In this document: positions 20,928 through 29,026 of the stretch, piece after piece
How positions within the stretch are numbered: position 1 is the stretch's first letter
Layout of the letters: each line of letters begins with the position of its first letter
Assembly: GCA_030148865.1 (NCBI GenBank)
Contig: JASBSR010000040.1
Location: 62,518 to 126,517, forward strand
Length of the DNA: 64,000 nt
DNA from: Gammaproteobacteria bacterium
GTDB lineage: Bacteria > Pseudomonadota > Gammaproteobacteria > SZUA-229
Direction: 5' to 3'
Made by a program: the position numbers and the translations under genes
Notes under the pieces: model-generated
Seen by the model: only the letters and a program-made list of their open reading frames with translations
Told to the model about the DNA's origin: nothing
The model's database searches: none

Positions 20928-21461
20928 ATGAGTCAGGACATGATTCGAGTTGGCATTTTATCGGACACCCACGGCTTTATTGATCCGCGCGTGCTGGAAA
21001 CCGTTAATGACTGCGACCATATCATCCACGCCGGCGATATCTGCGGTGCGGATGTGCTCGCCCTGCTCAAGGCCGGAATAGAACTGCACGCAGTCGCCGG
21101 CAACAATGACCATGCCGCCGCCTGGGAGGCTTCAGAGCGCGCTGTCGTCGATGCTCTGCCGAAGCAGATCGACCTTGATCTGCCTGGGGGCCGCATTGTT
21201 ATCGAGCACGGTGATCGTCTCGGCAACCACCCCGATCACGAGCAGTTCCGCTGGGACCACGCCGATGCCCGTATGGTGATCTACGGACACACCCACAAAC
21301 GCGTCATTGATCAGAGCGCCGAACCCTGGGTGATCAATCCTGGCGCTGCCGGCAAGGTGCGCACCAAAGGCGGCCCCTCCTGCCTGATTTTGCAAATCTC
21401 GAACGCTCAATGGCTAATCGAACCGGTGGTTTTTCCTGACGCCAAAGAGTCCTCCGCCTGA
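20928..21461 (+). CDS. Metallophosphoesterase (YfcE/MJ0936-family phosphodiesterase)
   Basis: 177 aa with GILSDTHG, HAGD, GNND, GHTH motifs. Confidence 0.75.
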   Translation: MSQDMIRVGILSDTHGFIDPRVLETVNDCDHIIHAGDICGADVLALLKAGIELHAVAGNNDHAAAWEASERAVVDALPKQIDLDLPGGRIVIEHGDRLGNHPDHEQFRWDHADARMVIYGHTHKRVIDQSAEPWVINPGAAGKVRTKGGPSCLILQISNAQWLIEPVVFPDAKESSA

Positions 21462-21959
21462 AGCTTTTCCACTACTGCCAGTAGCTCCAGCCGGTCCAGA
21501 TAGCCCAGCAATAATTCCCGATTCGACGCCCGATTAAAACTGTGATTATGATTGTCTGTCATTGCGATAAAGCTATGCGGCGGTCGAGCGGCAGCGAACA
21601 GGTCTTTGCCATGTTGAATATTGATGATCTCATCATCACGGCTCTGCATAGTAATCAACGACTATAGCATCTAGCTCCGGCTCTCCCTGCGACTGGCCGT
21701 AACCACGATACTCAAACAAATAAACGTCGTAACCGTATTCTACCCGCCAGTACACATTACCGAACTGGGTGCTGATATTCTCACCATTGCCGTGAAAAAA
21801 TATCAAACTGCCAGCATGCTGCTGTGATGCCCGTTTCTCTGATACTCGTAATTTCCAGCCGTGTATGCGTAAACCATCGGCTGTTTTCACATAGATATCA
21901 TCGTAGGCAAAATGAACAACTTCGGGAGAATATATCTGATGCTTGAGCGGCTGAAACAA
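21407..21959 (-). pseudogene. Degraded alpha/beta-hydrolase gene (frameshifted and internally deleted)
   Basis: N-terminal part in one frame (HGNGENIS...YRGYGQSQGEPEL, TTG start). C-terminal part in another frame (DDEIINIQHGKDLF...TDNHNHSF, containing the Asp and His). The GxSxG nucleophile region is missing. A signal-peptide-like remnant sits in a third frame upstream, across a T7 homopolymer (about 21960-22040). Confidence 0.5.
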
Positions 21960-22126
21960 TAGCTGGGGTGCACGCAGACGCCAGCGTCAGCAGCAATAAG
22001 ACAAAAAAACCTGTAATGCACGAAACAATCCATGCATTACAGTTTGATAGCGATGTGTTGAATGGGGTTCAGACAGCAGCAGGCAGCCTCAGAGGTGTTG
22101 CGTAAACACCAGCACCGACTGACTCT

Positions 22127-22873
22127 CTAAACCTTAATGTATACCCAGCCTTTATTAATACGCTCGGGAATCAGCTCGCGCGCAGTCTTGTCGACTTTGG
22201 TTTCCGGCAGCATCACGATATCATGGCCTTCTCTGAGTTTTGCTTTCCTGATAGAGCGTTGACAGGCAAACAGTGATACCACGTCATGATTCTCAGAAAT
22301 CATTTTCTGGATCCGGCTGAGATAAGGTGAGACATCAACACGCAGAACATCGATACCCTGCTTGTTGGTAATAATGTCGATCTTAAGCGGTGTATTGGTG
22401 CGTTTATAACTCGCGATCAGATTATCCGCCTCATCAAGCGCAGCTTTAACCGCACCAAAGTTAGAAGTACTGAGATGCAAGATGAATTTGCGCTCTGAAA
22501 ATTCGACAGGTTGCTGTGAGGCATAATAGCTAAAGACCCCATTCGCTGTTGGCGAGCCGGCAATGACACGGGGGCCGTATTGATGTGTTGACCAGCCGAT
22601 CACTACACCCAGACCAAGCAAAAGTGCTGCGGCAACACATTTCCAGCAACGTCGCTGGTTTTTCACATGCCTCTTATCCGCGTGCTCAACTGATGGTGGC
22701 GTTTGATAGGCGAACGCCACCAGCTCGCGCACGGCCTTCAGGCGGCAGGTGCGTTCTCTAAGCGCATGATCTTCCAGTAGAGTCTCATGCAGCTGATTGG
22801 TCTCATCGGCGTCGAGTTCACCATCAATGAACATATTCAGGCGATGATCATCATATTCACTATTATCGTTCAC
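22127..22873 (-). CDS. Anti-sigma factor: RseA-like N-terminal domain, single TM segment, periplasmic DsrE/YchN-like domain
   Basis: 248 aa. N-terminus DDHRLNMFIDGELDADE...LHETLLEDHALRERTCRLKAVRELV resembles the RseA N-terminus (MDGELD). TM segment CVAAALLLGLGVVIGW. The C-terminal 150 aa are paralogous to the secreted ORFs at 24272 and 24813, share the C-terminus G(W/Y)VYIK(P/V) and carry a single conserved Cys (LFACQRSI). ATGA overlap with the sigma gene. Confidence 0.7.
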   Translation of the reverse strand: MNDNSEYDDHRLNMFIDGELDADETNQLHETLLEDHALRERTCRLKAVRELVAFAYQTPPSVEHADKRHVKNQRRCWKCVAAALLLGLGVVIGWSTHQYGPRVIAGSPTANGVFSYYASQQPVEFSERKFILHLSTSNFGAVKAALDEADNLIASYKRTNTPLKIDIITNKQGIDVLRVDVSPYLSRIQKMISENHDVVSLFACQRSIRKAKLREGHDIVMLPETKVDKTARELIPERINKGWVYIKV

Positions 22874-23424
22874 TTAACACTCCGTAATTTGAATCGGATA
22901 TTTTCATCACTGCTTATATCCAGTAACTGGTCCTTCAGATTTTGGCGGGCACGGTAGAGACGACTCATCACCGTGCCGACCGGAATATCGACAATGCTGG
23001 CGATCTCGGCATAACTAAACCCGGCAAAATCTGCCAGGGTTACCACTTCACGCAGGTTCATCGGCAGCTTCGCCACTGAAGAACGCACTCGATCTACAAT
23101 CTGCACCTTTTGATACATATCACTGTGATCTCCGATACGATCATCACTGATGTCAAAAAGTTCTACGTGTCGGCCGGAAACCCTCAGGTAATCGTGCCAG
23201 CAATTAATTAAAATACGGTACAACCAGGTATCCAGCGTTGCGATTTCGCGCAGCTTCGATGAATTCTTGATCGCTTTGACCATGGTGTCCTGCACCAGAT
23301 CATCCGCCAGTGCAGGATCATGGCACCAGGAATACGCTATTTGATACAATTTGGTACGACGTTTCGCCAGTTCCTGTTTAATCCCTAACGCGACTACAAA
23401 ATTCTTAACAATCTTCATCCACAT
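22870..23424 (-). CDS. ECF (RpoE-like) sigma-70 family sigma factor
   Basis: 184 aa with sigma-70 region 2 (DLVQDTMVKAIKN...WLYRILINCWHDYLR) and region 4 (LREVVTLADFAGFSYAEIASIVDIPVGTVMSRLYRARQNL). RBS AAGGGGA. Confidence 0.85.
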   Translation of the reverse strand: MWMKIVKNFVVALGIKQELAKRRTKLYQIAYSWCHDPALADDLVQDTMVKAIKNSSKLREIATLDTWLYRILINCWHDYLRVSGRHVELFDISDDRIGDHSDMYQKVQIVDRVRSSVAKLPMNLREVVTLADFAGFSYAEIASIVDIPVGTVMSRLYRARQNLKDQLLDISSDENIRFKLRSVK

Positions 23425-23456
23425 TCCCCTTTAAAGACGCGCCAGCCAGATAAATA

Positions 23457-23496
23457 TTCACCCTGTCAATTCGAATTTCACCCTGTCAATTCGAAT
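23457..23496. repeat. Perfect 20-bp direct tandem repeat (two copies) in the divergent promoter region between the ECF sigma gene and the TlpA/DsrE-like genes
   Basis: ttcaccctgtcaattcgaat at 23457-23476 and again at 23477-23496. On the sigma-gene strand each unit contains TTGACA. Confidence 0.6.
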
Positions 23497-23579
23497 ATTT
23501 ATGTGAATATACCAACGCCCTGAAGCGCCTGATATTAACCTCGGACAACCGTGCCCACAAGCCGCAGGCAATCAATAAC

Positions 23580-24122
23580 ATGAAATCAGTGATACCAACC
23601 AGGCTATATTCGAAATTACTAATATTATTTATAGCTATCTACAGTCAATCTATATTAGCTAATAATGAAATACTGTTAAAACACGTTAATGACCAACAGC
23701 ACGCACTCAGCGAGTACGTTGGAAAAGGCCAATGGACTTGTGGTGAATCTCTGGGGCGTAAATTGCCCACCGTGCCGAGAAGAATGCCAGAACTTGTCCT
23801 GCTGCATGATGAATATCATCAATCTCTGGTCAGTGTGCTCGGCATCGTGATCGATTTTCCCAGCTTCAGCTACCCCGACAAAACCGAAATAAATCAGTTT
23901 TTACAATAACTTATGGTTGATTTCCCAATATTACTCAGCGACGAAAGCATAGCCTCCAAACTGAACGCCGGTTATTTACAAGGCCTGCCCACCACTTACC
24001 TGTTCGACCCCAGTGGCAAACTGGTCGCACAACAGGTGGGGGCTGTGACCCGCAACATTATTCTGGATTTCATAAAAAAACACGAGCAAAGCAGAAATAT
24101 TGACAAAAACAAGAAAAATTAA
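23580..24122 (+). pseudogene. TlpA/ResA-like periplasmic thiol:disulfide oxidoreductase, disrupted by two frameshifts and an in-frame stop
   Basis: Signal peptide and ...LSEYVGKG in frame 1. Thioredoxin motif VVNLWGVNCPPCREE is in the +1 frame. The reading returns to frame 1 at MPELVLLHDEY...LGIVID, which requires one base missing in gaagaa(a)tgcc. An in-frame TAA at 23907-23909 is followed by ...DFPILLSD...GLPTTYLFDPSGKLV, the TlpA C-terminus. Confidence 0.6.
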
Positions 24123-24271
24123 TGAATAAATTCTCAGCTTGCCCGTCTTTTATCTCTGAGACTACCCGTGCAGCGATTACTACTGAATTCCTGCAACGAA
24201 ATAACGTTATCTAAAAAAAACCAGTCCGCTGGCCTTTTGGCCTGCGGCTGTATAAATCAATGAGGTAAGTT

Positions 24272-24760
24272 ATGAGAATCAGTACTATGAGATATTTATC
24301 AGTCATCTTTACAGCCTTGATGATGCTGTCGGCAGGCACAGCCATCGCTAACGAACGCTATGGCAAGCAAAAGGTGGTTTATCACATCAACTACGATGAT
24401 CCGAAAAAACAAACCGGTGCCCTGCGTAACATCCAGAACCATATCAATGCAGTGGGTGCAGAAAACCTGGATATTAAGGTTGTGCTCCACGGCAATGGTC
24501 TGGCACTGCTATTAGAACCTGATTCACTGGCGAAACTGAAAAAGTTCAAACACGCCAATGCCGATAACAGAATGACAGCACGCATCGACGGCCTGAAAAA
24601 TCAGGGCGTATCGTTCAATGTATGCGCCAACACCGTTAAAGGCCGCAAGGTTGATATCAAAACTGATCTCTACAACGTCGACGATAAGGACATCGTACCT
24701 AGCGGTGTAGCAGAACTCGCACGATTGCAGCAGATGGGCTACGTATACATCAAGCCTTAA
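24272..24760 (+). CDS. Secreted DsrE/YchN-like family protein (paralog 1)
   Basis: 162 aa. Signal peptide MRISTMRYLSVIFTALMMLSAGTAIA. Rossmann-like pattern comparable to YchN/DsrE, single conserved Cys (FNVCANTV), C-terminus GYVYIKP. RBS GAGGTAAG. Confidence 0.6.
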   Translation: MRISTMRYLSVIFTALMMLSAGTAIANERYGKQKVVYHINYDDPKKQTGALRNIQNHINAVGAENLDIKVVLHGNGLALLLEPDSLAKLKKFKHANADNRMTARIDGLKNQGVSFNVCANTVKGRKVDIKTDLYNVDDKDIVPSGVAELARLQQMGYVYIKP

Positions 24761-24812
24761 GCATTAAAGTCTTTCACACACCAAGCACTACTTTCCCCCA
24801 CTGGAGATAACA

Positions 24813-25256
24813 ATGAAAACAGCAATACGCGTTATGCTGCTCGCGGCACTCGCAACAATGACCACCATGACTAATGCGGCACAGCCCGAGGACAAACCGT
24901 TTGCAGAAAAGAAAGTCGTTCTGCAAATCAGCGATGGCGATCCATCCAAACAAACACTCGTATTGAATGTCGCCGGCAACATCATCAGGCACTACGGTGC
25001 CGACAAGGTAGATGTTGAAATCGTCGCTTTTGGCCCGGGCCTGCGCCTGTTGTTTAAAAACAATGCCAATGGTGATCGCATCACTGGCCTCGTCGGTAGT
25101 GGCGTTCGCTTTGCTGCCTGCAGTAATACGGTACACAACATGGGCAAAAAACTCGGCCATGACCCCGAGTTGAATTCAAATGCCACCACTGTTTCAGCGG
25201 GTGTAGTACGAATCATCGATCTGGTTTCTGATGGTTACGTTCTGGTCAAACCCTGA
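24813..25256 (+). CDS. Secreted DsrE/YchN-like family protein (paralog 2)
   Basis: 147 aa. Signal peptide MKTAIRVMLLAALATMTTMTNA, conserved Cys (FAACSNTV), C-terminus GYVLVKP. RBS GGAGATAA. Confidence 0.6.
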   Translation: MKTAIRVMLLAALATMTTMTNAAQPEDKPFAEKKVVLQISDGDPSKQTLVLNVAGNIIRHYGADKVDVEIVAFGPGLRLLFKNNANGDRITGLVGSGVRFAACSNTVHNMGKKLGHDPELNSNATTVSAGVVRIIDLVSDGYVLVKP

Positions 25257-25308
25257 TCTGTTCAGTATTTAAAACTAAAAAATTATATTTTTATCCGGAG
25301 GAGTCATT

Positions 25309-26664
25309 GTGACTATTACAGTAAATAAAAAGCGTCTATACGCTTCAGCGATTCTATGCTCACTGCTGAGCGCACCCACCTACGCTGCCAACTGGCTGGC
25401 ATTACAGGGCACTGAGCCCGACAGCGCAGCACCACGCGCCAAAGTATGGGGCTTTATCCAGCCTGAGTTCTCATCGACTGATGGCACCAAGCTCAAGGCG
25501 GGTCCCTGGAAAGGTCAGAATGCCATCTTTAACCAGATGCGCCCCAATCTGAAAACCAATGAAGGTTTTAATGTTCTACGTGCACGTGTCGGCGTGCGTG
25601 GTACCGGCATGCCGCTGGACAGTAATGTTAACTATTTTTTCCTGGCTGAATTTGGTAACAACGGCATCACCGCAGAAGGCGGTGGCAGCGTCAAAATCAC
25701 TGACGCCAGTGTTACCTTGAATCATATTCCAGGGGCGCGCATACGTGTCGGCCAGTTCAAAACCCCTGGCTCTGAAGAAGGTTTACAGGCAATTCACGTG
25801 TTCGACTACATCAACTTCACCAATGCCACTAACGGTCTGCTGCTGGAACGATTCTTCGATGGGAACGGTTCTGGAACGAACGTGGTACCGGGAACACCAC
25901 CTACTTTTAACAACTCAGGTGATGCGAACCGTCCCAACGGCCCGGTAAGCGCGTTTCGTGACACCGGTATTCAGGTGTTTGATATATTCAAAGTCGGCCA
26001 ATGGGAACATAGCTATGCGGTGATGATTGGTAACGGCAATGGTATCACTCGTGGTGATAACGATGACAACAAGGAAACCTATCTGTACTGGTCATCAGAA
26101 CTGGTGTTTGGGGGCGCGGGCGCACGACGCCAGGGCTGGAAACTGTTTGCCTGGAATCAAAATGGTAAACGCACGCTGATCACTGAAGGCGCGGGCGAAT
26201 ATGACCGTACCCGCAGTGGCCTTGGCACCACCTTCAAGAAAGACAAATACCGCGCCGCCTTCGAGTATATGACTGCTGACGGCATGATCTTCAACGGTAC
26301 CGATGGCGGTGCATTACCAGGTGCTTCCTCTAACAACGGGCAGACAATATCGTCATTCAACGTTGAAACGAAAGGTGAGGCTGACGGCATGTACGTGCAC
26401 TTCGGTTATGCCATTACGCCTGAGTTAGAACTGGATGCACGCTACGACGTGTACAACCGCATGACTGATGTTGCAGCAAAAGAACGTAAATTCGAAACTG
26501 TAACTCTGGGTGCTCAGTACTTCTTCAACAAAAAGAGTCGTTTAATCGTGAACTATGAAGCACGCAAAGCCGAAGCACCTAACCAGGCTAGTACTAGCAA
26601 TGCTAATCAAATTCTGGATAGCATAGACGACAGAATTGCAGCTCAGTTGCTGATCATTTTCTAA
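25309..26664 (+). CDS. Outer-membrane beta-barrel porin (possibly anion/phosphate-selective OprO/P-like)
   Basis: 451 aa, GTG start after GGAGGAG, signal peptide, alternating amphipathic beta-strand pattern, C-terminal ...LLIIF (terminal Phe). Confidence 0.55.
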   Translation: MTITVNKKRLYASAILCSLLSAPTYAANWLALQGTEPDSAAPRAKVWGFIQPEFSSTDGTKLKAGPWKGQNAIFNQMRPNLKTNEGFNVLRARVGVRGTGMPLDSNVNYFFLAEFGNNGITAEGGGSVKITDASVTLNHIPGARIRVGQFKTPGSEEGLQAIHVFDYINFTNATNGLLLERFFDGNGSGTNVVPGTPPTFNNSGDANRPNGPVSAFRDTGIQVFDIFKVGQWEHSYAVMIGNGNGITRGDNDDNKETYLYWSSELVFGGAGARRQGWKLFAWNQNGKRTLITEGAGEYDRTRSGLGTTFKKDKYRAAFEYMTADGMIFNGTDGGALPGASSNNGQTISSFNVETKGEADGMYVHFGYAITPELELDARYDVYNRMTDVAAKERKFETVTLGAQYFFNKKSRLIVNYEARKAEAPNQASTSNANQILDSIDDRIAAQLLIIF

Positions 26665-26715
26665 TTGTGAATCTCCCATAACAATAATAATACTCTCCCC
26701 TGCATGTAGTCTCTC

Positions 26716-26741
26716 GCCCCGGCTTGTCCGGGGCTTTTTTT
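26716..26741 (+). terminator. Rho-independent terminator after the porin gene
   Basis: gccccgg-cttgt-ccggggc followed by ttttttt. Confidence 0.7.
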
Positions 26742-26808
26742 GCCTGAAAAACATTACTCAGAATTATTTTTAGTCAGAGTGGCTATTCGGGTAATCAGAA
26801 AAACCGTG

Positions 26809-27075
26809 AGTCCACAAACAACGCAAATGCATGCGAATGAAATAAAAACCATACACCAGCCGCAAACTACACCAATAACGCAAAGGCAAAACCGGGTGAT
26901 AGGCCTTTTGCGAGATTGGCGTAGTTTGCGGCAAATGTTTTGTTTTTTAATGCCGGCGTACTGTCATCTTGAGCCTCGAGCAGCTTTACACACGAAGTGA
27001 AGGATCTCGTACCACAAAGATTCTTCTTCGCAGAAAACGCTTATCAGAATGGCAGATCGAATAAGAAAAAAATGC
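26809..27075. repeat. Intergenic repeat family, copy A (shares two segments with copy B at 55388-55667)
   Basis: Segment S2 gtccacaaacaacgcaaatgcatgcgaatgaaa (26809-26841). Hairpin gccgcaaactacacc...ggcgtagtttgcggc (26868-26932). Segment S1 ctgtcatcttgagc...gtgaaggatctc...gcttatcagaat (26960-27050). Lies between convergent genes. Confidence 0.45.
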
Positions 27076-27095
27076 AGAAAAGTGTTGCTTTTAAG

Positions 27096-28331
27096 CTATT
27101 CAGCAAAAGCCAGATAGTCGAGCACATCGCCTTCTTTAATTTCACGGCCCACTGGTATCACCACCAGACCCTCGGCCCAGCTCGCCGAACTCAGGACACC
27201 CGAGCCCTGTTTTGGATAGATTACCGCCCAGGACTCACCATCGCGCTGTTCGATGCGGGCGCGCAGGAATTCGCTGCGCTGCGCTGCACGCCAGGCAAAA
27301 CCTGCTTTCACAGAGATCGGCTTTGCCAGACATTCGCTTTCACCCTGTAACTGTCGAATCACTGGCCGGGCAAAAATCTGCGCGGTGACAAACACCGACA
27401 CCGGGTTGCCGGGCAGGCCGAGAAACAGTGCCTTGCCAATGCGGCCAAAGGCCACCGGCTTGCCCGGTTTCATCGCAATACGCCAGAGCACCAGTGTGCC
27501 CAGTTGTTGCAGTGCGCGGCGCACATAATCTTCTTCACCGACCGAAACGCCACCGCTGGTGAGAATCAGATCGGCCTCGGTGGCAGCCTGTTCGATCACT
27601 GCCAGTGTCGCCTCCATGCTGTCGGCGATGATGCCATAGTCGGTGATTTCGCAGTCCTGTGCCTGTAAAAAACCGTTCAGGGTATAGCGATTGGAATTGT
27701 AGATCTGACCATCAGCCAGCGGCTCGCCCGGGCTAACCAGCTCGTCGCCGGTAAAAAAACAGGCGACCTTGAGTCGGCGCACCACTTCGACTTCGGCGAT
27801 GCCGACCGAGGCGATCAAGCCCAGCTCCTGCGATCGCAGACGACGACCTGCATTCAGAATGATACTGCCCTGCTGAATGTCTTCACCAGTACGGCGGATA
27901 TTATCGCCGGCCTTCACGACAGCTTCGATGCGAACCTGATCGCTGTCTTCGCTACGTGTACAGCGTTCCTGCATCACCACCGCGTCCGCCCCCGGCGGGA
28001 TCGGCGCACCGGTAAAAATACGCGCCGCGGTGCCGGCTTTCAGTTCGACCCCGGAAGTGCCGGCAGGAATGCGCTGCGCCACGGTCAAAACTGCACCCGA
28101 CCGGGCGCAATCGGCGCTGCGCACCGCATAGCCGTCCATCGCGGAATTATCGTAACCTGGCACATTCAGGCTGGAGACCACAGCCTGCGCCAGCACTCGG
28201 TCACGTGCCTGCAACAGATTCAGTTTTTCACTGGCTGTCAGCACCGGGGTCTGCGCCAGCAGCTGCGCGATGGCCGCCTCGACCGAGAGCAGTGGTTCTG
28301 AATAACAGTCTTCTGGCTTTGCAGGACTCAT
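27096..28331 (-). CDS. moeA: Molybdopterin molybdotransferase
   Basis: 411 aa MoeA family (...GGVSVGEEDY..., four-domain layout). Confidence 0.85.
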   Translation of the reverse strand: MSPAKPEDCYSEPLLSVEAAIAQLLAQTPVLTASEKLNLLQARDRVLAQAVVSSLNVPGYDNSAMDGYAVRSADCARSGAVLTVAQRIPAGTSGVELKAGTAARIFTGAPIPPGADAVVMQERCTRSEDSDQVRIEAVVKAGDNIRRTGEDIQQGSIILNAGRRLRSQELGLIASVGIAEVEVVRRLKVACFFTGDELVSPGEPLADGQIYNSNRYTLNGFLQAQDCEITDYGIIADSMEATLAVIEQAATEADLILTSGGVSVGEEDYVRRALQQLGTLVLWRIAMKPGKPVAFGRIGKALFLGLPGNPVSVFVTAQIFARPVIRQLQGESECLAKPISVKAGFAWRAAQRSEFLRARIEQRDGESWAVIYPKQGSGVLSSASWAEGLVVIPVGREIKEGDVLDYLAFAE

Positions 28332-28337
28332 CGAGGT

Positions 28338-28856
28338 TTATTGCTCGAGCAATCGCGGCATCAGTTCGACCATATTGCAGGGCGCATTGCGATGGTCCAG
28401 CTGCGGCCCGATGATTTCGTCCCAGCCAGTTTTACAGGCACCGGTGGAACCTGGCAGACAGAAAATAAAAGTGGCATTGGCGACCCCGCCAAGCGCGCGC
28501 GAGGCCACAGTGGAGGTCTTGATGTCCTGATACGAAAGCCAGCGAAACAGCTCACCAACGCCTTCGATTTCTTTATCCAGCAATGGGCGAATCGCTTCCG
28601 GAGTGATATCGCGACCCGTAAGGCCGGTGCCACCGGTGATGATCACCACATTGACCCCGGGGTCGGCTATCCAGCGCGAAACCGTCTCGCGGATGCGATA
28701 TTTGTCGTCGACGATAATGGTTTTTTCCGCGAGCTGATGGCCAGCTTCGCTGATACGCTCGACCAGTATTTGCCCCGAAGTGTCCGTGGCTTCGGTACGA
28801 CTGTCAGACACGGTTAGCACCGCGATATTCACTGCAATAAAATTAGGTTCATTCAT
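28338..28856 (-). CDS. moaB: Molybdenum cofactor biosynthesis protein B (MoaB/Mog family)
   Basis: 172 aa MogA/MoaB fold with IITGGTG and GSTG motifs; 6 nt upstream of moeA. Confidence 0.8.
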   Translation of the reverse strand: MNEPNFIAVNIAVLTVSDSRTEATDTSGQILVERISEAGHQLAEKTIIVDDKYRIRETVSRWIADPGVNVVIITGGTGLTGRDITPEAIRPLLDKEIEGVGELFRWLSYQDIKTSTVASRALGGVANATFIFCLPGSTGACKTGWDEIIGPQLDHRNAPCNMVELMPRLLEQ

Positions 28857-28928
28857 AGCTAGAGGTCTTCTATCCTGGGATCAGATGGGTCACGCGTGCA
28901 TTTTATTTTATGTTTATGAATCTTGACA

Positions 28929-28942
28929 TTGATGCATATCAA
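28929..28942 (+). promoter_or_regulatory. Consensus FNR/ANR-type binding site upstream of nirT/napC
   Basis: TTGATgcatATCAA (perfect TTGAT-N4-ATCAA), centred about 90 bp upstream of the 29027 start. A -10-like tatagt lies at 28958-28963. Confidence 0.5.
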
Positions 28943-29026
28943 GTCGTGTAGAGTACCTATAGTATCAAATCCGCTCATATAAATTATCGGTAAATTCATT
29001 ATGCAGGGTAATGCCTCGGGACGCCT

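Noticed and set aside
20678-20929. 83-aa minus-strand ORF inside the inverted-repeat-flanked element upstream of the phosphoesterase gene
   Set aside because: No RBS and no homology signal. Lies within a repeat/hairpin-rich non-coding region.
23730-23790. Possibility that the TlpA-like gene uses programmed +1/-1 ribosomal frameshifting
   Set aside because: There are two opposite shifts within 50 nt plus an in-frame TAA further downstream. No slippery heptamer or downstream structure is evident. Simple gene decay or sequence error is more parsimonious.
26997-27350. 117-aa plus-strand ORF and 86-aa ORF at 26740-27000
   Set aside because: One overlaps the 3' end of moeA antisense. The other lies in the repeat-rich spacer. 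No domain signal; likely non-coding.
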